Shown here: piece after piece, positions 16,302 through 24,669 of the stretch
Layout: each line of letters opens with the position of its first letter
Position numbering within the stretch: position 1 is the stretch's first letter
From: an uncultured Thermoplasmatales archaeon
GTDB lineage: Archaea > Thermoplasmatota > SW-10-69-26
DNA: 30,560 bases
Direction of reading: 5' to 3'
Assembly: GCA_964492585.1 (NCBI GenBank)
Contig: CAZBKU010000002.1
Coordinates: forward strand, 1 to 30,560
Translations under genes and position numbers: made by a program
Notes under the pieces: generated by a model
Told to the model about the DNA's origin: nothing
The model's input: the letters and a program-made list of their open reading frames with translations, nothing else
Databases searched by the model: none

Positions 16302-17038
16302 TGACAGCCCGGCTCCCGGGAAGCTGGCGCCCCGAGCTGGCCGAGGCCATCGCCACCTTCTCCCTGGTCCTGGCGGGCTGCGGGGCGATCGTCGTCGACA
16401 GCCTGACCGGCCAGCTCGGCCACCTGGGCATCGCGTTGACCTTCGCCCTGGTGATCTGCGTGATGGTCTACGCCACCGGGCACGTCTCCGGGGCCCACAT
16501 CAACCCGGCGATCACCGTGGCATTCGCCGCCACCGGACACGTCCCCTGGCGTCGGGTCCCCCGATACATCGGGGCCCAGGTGGCCGGCGGGATGGTCGCC
16601 GCTGGCATCCTGCGCAGCTTATGGGGGGCCACCGCCCTGCTAGGGACCACGACCGTGGCCCCGGGGTTGGGGGTCTGGCAGGCCGTGGTGCTCGAGGTCC
16701 TGGCCACGGGCTTGCTGGCTTTCGTGATCGCCAGCGTGGCCACCGACGCTCGCGCCCAGGCTCCGGCTGCCGGTCTGGCCATCGGTCTGGCCGTCGGGGC
16801 CGGCTCGCTCTTCATCGGGCCCATGACCGGCGGCAGCCTGAACCCCGCCCGCTCGATCGCCCCGGCCCTGGTCTCCGGCCAGCTCACCCACCTTTGGCTC
16901 TACCTGGCCGCCCCGGTGGCTGGTGCGGTCGTCGCCATGGGGCTCTACGAGGTCGTCCGAGCTGGGACCAGCCCCCACGTGGGCCGGATGCAGGAGACCC
17001 CAGAAGCGTCCGCAGAACCCGTCGAGGTGACCCCATGA
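16301..17038 (+). CDS. MIP/aquaporin channel, probable arsenite efflux (AqpS/AqpN-like)
   Basis: Two NPA boxes (SGAHINPA, GGSLNPARS); TGATG overlap with arsR. Confidence 0.9.
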   Translation: MTARLPGSWRPELAEAIATFSLVLAGCGAIVVDSLTGQLGHLGIALTFALVICVMVYATGHVSGAHINPAITVAFAATGHVPWRRVPRYIGAQVAGGMVAAGILRSLWGATALLGTTTVAPGLGVWQAVVLEVLATGLLAFVIASVATDARAQAPAAGLAIGLAVGAGSLFIGPMTGGSLNPARSIAPALVSGQLTHLWLYLAAPVAGAVVAMGLYEVVRAGTSPHVGRMQETPEASAEPVEVTP

Positions 17039-17466
17039 CCGAGCAGGCCGGTGACGACCCGGTCCGGATCTACTTCGCCTGCGTCGGGAACAGTTGCCGT
17101 AGCCAGATGGCCGAGGGCCTGGCCCGCCGGATGGGCGGGGAGCAGGTCGAGGTCAGGAGCGGTGGCTCGCGGCCTGCCGGCCGGGTCTCACGCAACGCCG
17201 TCACCGCCATGGCCGAGATCGGCATCGACATCAGCGACCAGACCTCCGATCCCCTAGACAACGACTGGGTGGCCGGGTGCGATCTGGTGGTCACCATGGG
17301 CTGCGGGGAGGATGCCTGCCCGGCCTTCCACGAGGTCGAGCTGGAGGACTGGCCACTGGAGGACCCGGTGGGCCAGGATCTGGCCACGTTCCGGGAGACC
17401 CGGGATGAGATCGGCCGACGGATGCGCGGGCTCTTCGACCGGTTGGGGATCGCCACGAGGACGTAG
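17035..17466 (+). CDS. arsC: Arsenate reductase, LMW-PTP fold
   Basis: P-loop CVGNSCRSQMAEG, TMGCGEDACP and WPLEDP; GAGGTGA SD and ATGA overlap with the aquaporin gene. Confidence 0.9.
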   Translation: MTEQAGDDPVRIYFACVGNSCRSQMAEGLARRMGGEQVEVRSGGSRPAGRVSRNAVTAMAEIGIDISDQTSDPLDNDWVAGCDLVVTMGCGEDACPAFHEVELEDWPLEDPVGQDLATFRETRDEIGRRMRGLFDRLGIATRT

Positions 17467-17477
17467 GGCCCATCGGG

Positions 17478-17753
17478 CTAGGAGGCATGGGGGGAACCAG
17501 CCGCGTGCCGACCGGTGAGCTTGATCGCCAGGACCAACCCCCAGAAGACGGTGGCCAGGACGTTGATGGCCAGGAACGCCCACTCCTCGATCACCCAGCT
17601 CCGGACGCCGAGGAAGGCCAGACCGAGGACGTTCATCCCGGTGAACGCCCAGCCGAAGTCGCCGGCTTGCCGGGTGCGCAGGAGCTGGACGGCTTGGGGC
17701 AGCGTGGCCGCACCCAAGAGCGTGGCCCCGGCGATGGCTAGGATCTCGCTCAA
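17478..17753 (-). CDS. PQ-loop / SemiSWEET-like three-helix membrane protein
   Basis: AATLPQAVQLLRTRQAGDF motif followed by two more helices; start uncertain (TTG 17753). Confidence 0.75.
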   Translation of the reverse strand: MSEILAIAGATLLGAATLPQAVQLLRTRQAGDFGWAFTGMNVLGLAFLGVRSWVIEEWAFLAINVLATVFWGLVLAIKLTGRHAAGSPHAS

Positions 17754-18025
17754 CGACGCCCGCCCTCCGCGCCGAGATTCGCCGGCGTCGAACACCGAGC
17801 GGCGGTGGAGGTGGCCTGCCACCGATCGAGCGGCGTGCCGGGGACCCGGCGGCGCTTGGCTGCCTCCTGGGGTCGGACCCGGCTGATCAGCTCGGCGATG
17901 ATCGCCTCGCGATCGTCGACCAGCATGTCCAGCGAGCCATGGAACGTGGATCGGCCATGGAACATGGATCGCACGTGCCTCGGCCTGGGGTGCCCTGCCC
18001 GGACCTCAGATCCAAGGGAGTTCAC
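17750..18025 (-). CDS. Possible small hypothetical protein
   Basis: 91-aa frame containing RSMFHGRSTFHG and helix-like MLVDDREAIIAELISRV; its stop overlaps the PQ-loop start. Confidence 0.3.
   Translation of the reverse strand: MNSLGSEVRAGHPRPRHVRSMFHGRSTFHGSLDMLVDDREAIIAELISRVRPQEAAKRRRVPGTPLDRWQATSTAARCSTPANLGAEGGRR
17936..17971. repeat. Tandem 18-bp repeat (17/18 identical)
   Basis: GCCATGGAACGTGGATCG at 17936-17953 followed by GCCATGGAACATGGATCG at 17954-17971. Confidence 0.8.
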
Positions 18026-18119
18026 GGCCAGACCTCCTGGTATCGAGAGGGGCCTGGCCAAATCAGTCCGAAGGCGGGGTCGCTGCCGAGCTTCGACCGG
18101 TCGGGTGCCTCGATGGGCG

Positions 18120-18923
18120 TCATGATCGAACCTCGTGGAGGGGGTGACTGATGCCGACGGCCTGCTCGACATCGGTCCATGTGCGCACGCGCAGAGGGTT
18201 GCTGCGCGCTGGCACGTCTTTGTTGTACGGGTGATCCATCAGAAGGCTCATCGAACCGTCCGCGGCGGCCATCAGGACATTGTGGGGCGAGTCGTCGATG
18301 AGGAGGTCGTACCCGAGCTTCCGGGAGGCCTCCATCACGAGCTCGTGGTGCGGGATGTCGTGGCGCTCGAGGAAGAGCTCGGTGACCTCCCGGCTCTGCT
18401 CCCCACGGGCGGTGACCACCTCGACCCGGTGCCCGGCGTGGACCCAAGCGGCCATGACCTCGGCAGCTTGGGGGTCGCGCGGTGGCCGCCGGTGGAGGAC
18501 GGGGTCGGTCTCGATGTCGTCGAGGACGTCCCGCACGCAGCGCCACGTCAGGTCCTTCTCCCGGACCGCCCTGTACTGGAAGAAGTCCCAGTATCGTAGG
18601 CCCTCCTCGGCCAGGTCGATGCCGTGGGCATCGCGGAAACCTCGCAGGATGTAGGGGATGTGGTCGAAGAGGACCCCGTCGAAGTCGACAGCGATGCGCA
18701 GAGAGGTCTCAAGGGGACGAGCCTCTCCGGGAGGATCCACGCCGGTGGTGGGGCCACGGGCTGGCTCGTCGGTGCCTTGGCCGCGATCGCGGCGAGACGT
18801 GGGAGGAGCGTCGGCTCGGCGCGTGGGGCCGGCCCGGCGGACCCGGTCGACGGGGTGCGGCCCGAGCCATGTGCCGAGCCCGCTCACCCCGTTACCTATC
18901 TGCTCTCGGTGGTTCTGTGTCAT
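18120..18923 (-). CDS. HAD phosphatase, 5'(3')-nucleotidase NT5C-like (paralog 1)
   Basis: IAVDFDGVLFD, VVTAR, LIDDSPHN and DHPYN motifs. ATG 18923 gives a ~70 aa low-complexity extension; TTG 18712 is an alternative start. Confidence 0.85.
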   Translation of the reverse strand: MTQNHREQIGNGVSGLGTWLGPHPVDRVRRAGPTRRADAPPTSRRDRGQGTDEPARGPTTGVDPPGEARPLETSLRIAVDFDGVLFDHIPYILRGFRDAHGIDLAEEGLRYWDFFQYRAVREKDLTWRCVRDVLDDIETDPVLHRRPPRDPQAAEVMAAWVHAGHRVEVVTARGEQSREVTELFLERHDIPHHELVMEASRKLGYDLLIDDSPHNVLMAAADGSMSLLMDHPYNKDVPARSNPLRVRTWTDVEQAVGISHPLHEVRS

Positions 18924-18951
18924 GCAGGCTGACACTGGACCTGCTGGACCA

Positions 18952-18988
18952 TCTATACTTTCGATGGAAAATATAGAGGCCTCTATAT
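18952..18988. promoter_or_regulatory. AT-rich promoter with perfect 18-bp palindrome
   Basis: ATATAGAGGCCTCTATAT at 18971-18988 and TCTATACT at 18952-18959. Confidence 0.65.
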
Positions 18989-19013
18989 CTCCTTGAGAGG
19001 GTCGCCGCCCCGG

Positions 19014-19619
19014 TCACCGTCGCCGGCCCGATCCTCGGCCCCCCGCCACTTCGGCCACCACCTCCTCGGCATGCGCCCAATCGCGGACACGCAACGGGTT
19101 GTCCTCGGCCGGGTGGTCCCGGTTGTAGGGCTGGTCGAACAAGAGGGCCCTGCAGCCCGCGTCCACGGCCCGGTCGACGTTGATCGGCAGGTCGTCGACG
19201 AGCACATCCCAGTCCGTCTTGTGGTGGACGCCCATGTGGATGTCGTGGTGGGGCACGTCGTTGTGGTCCAGGAAAAGCTCGACGCTCTCCCGGGCACGGG
19301 TCGGCCGGGAGGTGACGATGTGGACGATCAGACCCTGCTCGTGCCACCCACCGAGCACATCCAGGGCGTAGGGATCCAGCGGTCGGGTCCGGTGGATGGG
19401 CTCCTGGACCTCCAGGTGACGGAAGACCTCCCAGATCTGATCCTCGGAGAGCCCGGCCTGGCGGACGGCCGGATGCTCGGAGAGGTTCCACTGCCAGCTC
19501 TCCACCGGCGAGATGTCCACGCCGTGGAGCTCCTGGAACCCCCGGATGATGTGGGGGACCTGGTCGAAGAGGACACCATCGAAGTCGATGGCCAACCTCA
19601 GGGCGTCGCCGTCGGTCAC
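19014..19619 (-). CDS. HAD phosphatase, 5'(3')-nucleotidase NT5C-like (paralog 2)
   Basis: LAIDFDGVLFD, IVTSR, LVDDLPIN and DQPYN motifs. Confidence 0.85.
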   Translation of the reverse strand: MTDGDALRLAIDFDGVLFDQVPHIIRGFQELHGVDISPVESWQWNLSEHPAVRQAGLSEDQIWEVFRHLEVQEPIHRTRPLDPYALDVLGGWHEQGLIVHIVTSRPTRARESVELFLDHNDVPHHDIHMGVHHKTDWDVLVDDLPINVDRAVDAGCRALLFDQPYNRDHPAEDNPLRVRDWAHAEEVVAEVAGGRGSGRRR

Positions 19620-19680
19620 GGGGGTTGGTAGCTGGTCCTCCTACTTGAGCCACGGGGACGCCTCCCGAAGGGACCGGCGG

Positions 19681-20400
19681 CTACCCGTTCTCCTCATCGA
19701 TCGGCTGGAACCAGGCGTCCAAGAGGTCGTCCAGGGTGGCGTGGCAGGCCTCGAACCGGTCAGGCTGGGAGAGCATCTCCTCGAGGGTCTGGATGTAGGG
19801 CCCGTCCTGGCCCAGGTCCCCGGGGCTGGCCTCGCCTAGGTGTTGGACGTCAGCCTGGTCCATCTCCAGGTGGAACTGGAGGCCCAGCACGTGCTCCTCG
19901 TAGGCGAAGGCCTGGTGCTTGCAGGCCTTGCTCCGGGCCAGGTGGACGGCCCCCTCGGGCAGCTCGACGGTCTCGGCGTGCCAGTGGAGGACCTCCTGGC
20001 CGTCCTCCAGGTGCCGACCGACCGGGTGCTCTGCGGCCGCCGGCGTGGTCTGGATCGGTGCCCAGCCGACCTCGGGCTGGTCGGCCTCGACGACCGTGCC
20101 GCCGAGGACCTCGGCGATCAGCTGGGCGCCCAGGCAGACCCCCAGGGTCGGGATGCCAGCCTCGATGGCGGCCTCGATGAGGCTCCTCTCGCCGGGCAGC
20201 CAGGCGTGCTCCTGCTGGTCGTGGACGCTCATGGGCCCGCCGAGGACGACCAGCCCATCGACGTCGTCCAGCTCGGGCAGGGCCTGGTCCTGGTAGAGCT
20301 GGGTCCGGGCGAGCTTGATATCGTTCTGGAGGGCCCACCAGCCGATGTGCCCTGGACCCTCGAAGGGCACGTGCTGCAGGACGTGGAGACGCCGGTCCAT
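19681..20400 (-). CDS. Class I glutamine amidotransferase (GMP-synthase-like, stand-alone)
   Basis: QHVPFEGPG, LGGPMS, GVCLG nucleophile elbow and QFHLE His-Glu; ATG 20400. Confidence 0.92.
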   Translation of the reverse strand: MDRRLHVLQHVPFEGPGHIGWWALQNDIKLARTQLYQDQALPELDDVDGLVVLGGPMSVHDQQEHAWLPGERSLIEAAIEAGIPTLGVCLGAQLIAEVLGGTVVEADQPEVGWAPIQTTPAAAEHPVGRHLEDGQEVLHWHAETVELPEGAVHLARSKACKHQAFAYEEHVLGLQFHLEMDQADVQHLGEASPGDLGQDGPYIQTLEEMLSQPDRFEACHATLDDLLDAWFQPIDEENG

Positions 20401-20437
20401 GGCAGGAGAACGTGGCTGGGGCTCTTGAGTCCAGCTA

Positions 20438-21145
20438 TCAGAGCGCCGGCCCGATCCAGGCATCCAGAACGTTCTGCAGGCGCTGGTGGGCCTCCCGGAA
20501 CCTCTCGGGCGGCTCGATCATCTCGGAGACCGGCTGGACGAAGGGGCTGTCGGTGCTCAGGTCCTCCGGCCGGGCGGCAGCCAGACGGGAGACGTCCGAG
20601 GGACCAAGGCCCAGGTCGAACTGAAGCGCCAGGACGTTGTCCCCGTAGCTGAACGCCTGATCCGAGGCCATCTCCGCGGTCGCCAGCTCCGTGGCCGCCG
20701 GAGGGATGTCCAGGACCCGGGTCGACCAGTGGAAGCCTTCGAACACCGACGGGAGGAAGGAGACCGCGTGATGCTCGTGGCCGGCCTCGGTGAGCTCGAC
20801 CGGGAACCAACCGACCACCGGGGCCTTGGCACGGTCGGTGCTACCGCCGAGAAGGTGGGCTAACAGCTCGGCCCCCCGGGCGACGCCAAGGACCGGCAGC
20901 CCGTCCTCGATGGCCTGTGTGAGGAACACGCGCTCGTCCTCGAGCCAGGGATGGGTCTTGTCGTCGTTGGGCACTGGGGGAGCCCCGATGACCGCCACGG
21001 CGTCCAACGTGCCCACATCTGGGAACTTGTCGCCTTGGTCCGGGATGGTGCCTGCGACGTCCATCCCCTCCCGCAGGGCCCACCATCCGATGTGCCCTGG
21101 CTCGGTGTAGGGCAGGTGCTGGATGATGTGCAGACGAGGGGGCAC
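20438..21145 (-). CDS. Class I GATase paralog lacking the catalytic triad
   Basis: Collinear with the neighbour, but GVARG replaces GVCLG and QFDLG replaces QFHLE. Confidence 0.85.
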   Translation of the reverse strand: MPPRLHIIQHLPYTEPGHIGWWALREGMDVAGTIPDQGDKFPDVGTLDAVAVIGAPPVPNDDKTHPWLEDERVFLTQAIEDGLPVLGVARGAELLAHLLGGSTDRAKAPVVGWFPVELTEAGHEHHAVSFLPSVFEGFHWSTRVLDIPPAATELATAEMASDQAFSYGDNVLALQFDLGLGPSDVSRLAAARPEDLSTDSPFVQPVSEMIEPPERFREAHQRLQNVLDAWIGPAL

Positions 21146-21268
21146 GCCTACCGGTTAGAAGCTCAATGCCCATAGTCGTAGTGTGGCACGGGACCCCGCG
21201 GGAGCGGCGTTCGGTCCATCCCGAACGGCTCTAGAAGGACCTTATACGCTGCCGGGTACCTGGGACCG

Positions 21269-22090
21269 ATGAGAGCTACCCCCGGTCTCATACCCTTGGT
21301 GCTGAGCCTGACGATCCTCTCCGTCGCCGGTCTTGCCTTGGCCGACGGTGATGCCTCCACAGCCCAACAAGCCCACGGCGACATCTACCTCACCGCCCGC
21401 GAACCGACCGACGAGGTCCACGACCCTTGGAACACCACGATGGAGGCCCTCAAGGCCGACCACTCACCGGTCGTCCGGGCCCTCCAGACGCCGGAGGAGG
21501 CGGTGGCGATCACCCAAGAGGAGCACGAGGCCATGCGACCCTTCTGGGACACGATGAGCGACCACGACGCGCTCCTGATCGAGGGTGATCACTGGGAGAT
21601 CCTTCTCATCATGGAGGGCCACGGTGACGGTGATGACGACACCGCGGCCCGGCCCGTCTCCGGGGACGCCAGCTCGGGGACCGCGGGCCAAGCACCTATG
21701 CGCATCGTGGCCAGCCACCCCCCGCCTGGCGAGCCAGCCACCCCGGCCCTGGTGCTCACCCGCGCAGAGCTCCAGGAGCGCTACCCGCCGGCGGCCCTGG
21801 CCCTGGAGACGCCCGAGCGCCTGGTCGAGGTCCCCGAGGGCCAGGAGGCCCACATCCACCAGCTCTACGAAGACCTCGAGGCCGGTGGGTACGCGGCGTT
21901 CGAGATCGACGGCGAGGCCTGGATGGTCTCCATCGCCGAGGCCGCCCCGGGCGTGCCCCCGTCGGGCGACGCCGCGGCCACCGGCGACGTGGACGCCCAA
22001 GGCGAGGCCACCAGCGACGCCAGCTTCCTGGGCCTGGCGGTCTTCCTCGGGGTCTCCGGCATGGCTGCCCTGGTCTGGCGGCCCCGCTGA
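21269..22090 (+). CDS. Secreted, C-terminally anchored acidic protein with a duplicated domain
   Basis: Signal peptide, two similar ~75 aa units, and a terminal hydrophobic helix plus WRPR; CTTATA box at 21241-21246. Confidence 0.75.
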   Translation: MRATPGLIPLVLSLTILSVAGLALADGDASTAQQAHGDIYLTAREPTDEVHDPWNTTMEALKADHSPVVRALQTPEEAVAITQEEHEAMRPFWDTMSDHDALLIEGDHWEILLIMEGHGDGDDDTAARPVSGDASSGTAGQAPMRIVASHPPPGEPATPALVLTRAELQERYPPAALALETPERLVEVPEGQEAHIHQLYEDLEAGGYAAFEIDGEAWMVSIAEAAPGVPPSGDAAATGDVDAQGEATSDASFLGLAVFLGVSGMAALVWRPR

Positions 22091-22179
22091 GCCTCACGAT
22101 GACCAAGGTCCGACCGTCGAGCCGTTCCCCACGCGTCGCCTCCCATCCTGGCCCCGACGGCTCGGACCTCGGCAACACC

Positions 22180-22203
22180 CCCGGGAGGGGCAACCCTCCC
22201 GGG
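22180..22203 (+). terminator. GC-rich hairpin between convergent genes
   Basis: CCCGGGAGGG-GCAA-CCCTCCCGGG, a perfect 10-bp stem with a GNRA loop on the plus strand, followed by a pyrimidine tract. Confidence 0.5.
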
Positions 22204-22213
22204 CCTCTCCTCC

Positions 22214-22909
22214 TCACCCGATCGTCACCCGTTCACCCTCGACCATGTAGTGGATCTTCTCGGCCATCTTGCAGACGTTGTCGGCGCACCGCTCGAGGTA
22301 CCGGGCGATCATCATGTAGTAGGCGTAGGCCTCCAGGTGCTGGGGATCCTCGGCCATGTGGGTCAAACACTCCCGGAAGATCGACCACCGGAGGTGGTCC
22401 ATCTTGTCCTCCCATTCGATGAGCTGGTCGAGGTCGAAGGTCGCCTCGTCGTGGTAGGCCTCGAGCACCAGGGCAAGCATCCGGGCGGTCGTCTCGACCA
22501 TCTCGGGGATGTGGACCAGGCTGTGGAAGTGCTCGTCGTACCTCCACTGGGTCGTGATCTGGGCCAGGTCCTTGCCGTACCGACCGACCCGGTTGATGTA
22601 GGTGATCAGCTTGAGCGCGGCCCCGATGGCCCGCATGTCCCTGGCCATGGGCTGTTGGCGAGCGACCAGGAGCAGGGCCTCCTGCTCGATCCCGTCGTCT
22701 AGGTCGGCCAGCTCATCCTTCTTCCTCAAGACATCGTTGGCCTTGGCCTCGTCGAGCTCGACCAGGGAGGTGGCCCCTTCCTGGAGCATCCACTCGGCCA
22801 GGTCGGCCATCTCGTTGACCCTGGCTTTCAGGTCGGCCAACTGCTCGTCGAAAGCTCGGCGGGCCCGGGTGCCCGGGGCCACGTTACGCGGGGAGGGATC
22901 CTCGTCCAT
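22214..22909 (-). CDS. phoU: Phosphate signalling protein PhoU
   Basis: RQQPMARDMR, INRVGRY, D...E...D repeats and RYLERCADNVCKMAE; last gene of the pst operon. Confidence 0.95.
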   Translation of the reverse strand: MDEDPSPRNVAPGTRARRAFDEQLADLKARVNEMADLAEWMLQEGATSLVELDEAKANDVLRKKDELADLDDGIEQEALLLVARQQPMARDMRAIGAALKLITYINRVGRYGKDLAQITTQWRYDEHFHSLVHIPEMVETTARMLALVLEAYHDEATFDLDQLIEWEDKMDHLRWSIFRECLTHMAEDPQHLEAYAYYMMIARYLERCADNVCKMAEKIHYMVEGERVTIG

Positions 22910-22927
22910 GGTGTCAGTCTCCTGGGG

Positions 22928-23782
22928 TCAGCCGAAGCGGCCGGTGATGTAGGCCTCGGTACGGTCGCGACGGGGGCTCTCGAAGATCTGCTCGGTCTGG
23001 CCGAACTCCACCAGCTCCCCCATGTAGAAGAACGCGGTGTAGTCCGAGATCCGGGCGGCCTGTTGCATGTTGTGCGTGACGATGGCCACGGTGTAGTCTT
23101 CTTTGAGCTCGACGATGAGGTCCTCGATCTTCCCGGTGGCGATGGGGTCCAAGGCCGAGGCGGGCTCGTCCATGAGCAGGACGTCGGGCCTCACTGCGAT
23201 GGCCCGGGCGATGCACAGGCGCTGCTGCTGGCCGCCGGAGAGGCCTGTGGCCGGGTCGTCCAGCCGGTCCTCGACCTCGTGCCAGAGATGGGCGGCCTCC
23301 AGGGCGGCCTTGACCTCGGCGTAGAGCTCGTCCTTGTCCCATCGCTTGTCGAGCTCGAGGCCATAGGCGACGTTGTCGAAGATCGACTTGGGGAAGGGGT
23401 TGGGTTTCTGGAAGACCATGCCCACGTGCCGACGGAGCATGACCGGGTCGACATCCGGTCCGTAGATGTCCAACCCACCCAACCGGACGTCGCCCTCGAT
23501 CCGGGCGCTCTCGATGAAGTCGTTCATCCGGTTCAGGCACCGCAGGAAGCTGGATTTCCCGCAGCCGGAGGGACCGATGAACGCGGTGACCCGTCCCTTG
23601 GGGACCTCCAGGCTGAGGTCCTTGAGCGCGTGGTTGTCCCCGTACCAGAGGTCCAGACCTTGGATCTCGAACACGGTTTGTTCGGTGGGTCGGTCCATGG
23701 CCGTCTCGATCCTGCCGGTGGGCTCGACAGGCGGGGGCTGGCGGGCGTCGGTGCCGGGACTGGCTTGGGTGGTAGGCGTCAT
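22928..23782 (-). CDS. pstB: Phosphate ABC transporter ATPase
   Basis: [44 protein letters not shown] and YITGRFG. Start ATG 23782 or GTG 23788. Confidence 0.97.
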   Translation of the reverse strand: MTPTTQASPGTDARQPPPVEPTGRIETAMDRPTEQTVFEIQGLDLWYGDNHALKDLSLEVPKGRVTAFIGPSGCGKSSFLRCLNRMNDFIESARIEGDVRLGGLDIYGPDVDPVMLRRHVGMVFQKPNPFPKSIFDNVAYGLELDKRWDKDELYAEVKAALEAAHLWHEVEDRLDDPATGLSGGQQQRLCIARAIAVRPDVLLMDEPASALDPIATGKIEDLIVELKEDYTVAIVTHNMQQAARISDYTAFFYMGELVEFGQTEQIFESPRRDRTEAYITGRFG

Positions 23783-23784
23783 GG

Positions 23785-24669
23785 TCACCACGGGGATCGA
23801 TCCTTGAAGCGGTTGCGTATCAGGATGGCCACCAGGTTGAAGCTGAGGGTCAAGAGCAGGAGCACGACGGTGCCGGCGGCGGCCAGGTCCCGGAACTCGG
23901 GCTGGGGGTTGGCCGCCCAGTAGAAGGTCTGCAGCGGGAGGGCCGAGTAGAGGGACATGGGCCCGTCGGGCAGGAAGAAGACGGCCGTGGCGCCGCCGAC
24001 GATGATCAGGGGCGCGGTCTCCCCGATGGCGCGGGCCAGGGCCAGGATGCTACCGGTCAGGATGCCTGGCAGGGCCGCGGGGAGGACGTGGTCTTTGACG
24101 ACCTGCCACCGGCTGGCTCCCAGACCGAAGGCGGCGTCGCGGACAGAGCGGGGGACCGCCTTGAGGGCTTCCTCGGTGGAGACGACGATCATGGGCAGGC
24201 TGAGCAGGGCCAGGGTGCACGCCCCGGCCAAGAGGACCTGGCCCCAGCCGAACCAGCGGACGAAGATGACCAGGCCCAGCAGGCCGAAGACGACGCTGGG
24301 GACGCCGGCCAGGTTGGCGATGGCCGTCCGGATCATCCGGTTGAGGCGGGTCGGCTTGGCGTACTCGTTGAGGTAGATGGCCGCGCCGATGCCCAGGGGC
24401 AGCGTGAGGCCCAGGGTGAGCAGGCCCAACCAGATCGAGCCGACCAGAGCCGACTTGATCCCCGCCCTGGCTGCGTCCCGGGCAGGGAAGCTGGTCAGGA
24501 AGCCCCAGTCGACGTAGGGCAGACCGATGGCAGCGGTGCGCCACACCAGCCAGCCAAGCATGAGGGCGGCCAGGCTTGAGGCCACGGCGAGCAGGCCGCG
24601 GCCGATCCAGCCCTTGAGCTTGCGTTCGGTCGAGAGCTCCTCGAGCTCGATGGCACCCGGATCGGTCAC
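23785..24669 (-). CDS. pstA: Phosphate ABC transporter permease PstA
   Basis: [29 protein letters not shown] and ALPLQTF. Confidence 0.95.
   Translation of the reverse strand: MTDPGAIELEELSTERKLKGWIGRGLLAVASSLAALMLGWLVWRTAAIGLPYVDWGFLTSFPARDAARAGIKSALVGSIWLGLLTLGLTLPLGIGAAIYLNEYAKPTRLNRMIRTAIANLAGVPSVVFGLLGLVIFVRWFGWGQVLLAGACTLALLSLPMIVVSTEEALKAVPRSVRDAAFGLGASRWQVVKDHVLPAALPGILTGSILALARAIGETAPLIIVGGATAVFFLPDGPMSLYSALPLQTFYWAANPQPEFRDLAAAGTVVLLLLTLSFNLVAILIRNRFKDRSPW

Noticed and set aside
4815-17482. Frequent CTAG at gene junctions (e.g. 4815, 5106, 9021, 13315, 17478)
   Set aside because: Explained by TAG stop codons preceded by C; no spacing or flanking consensus.
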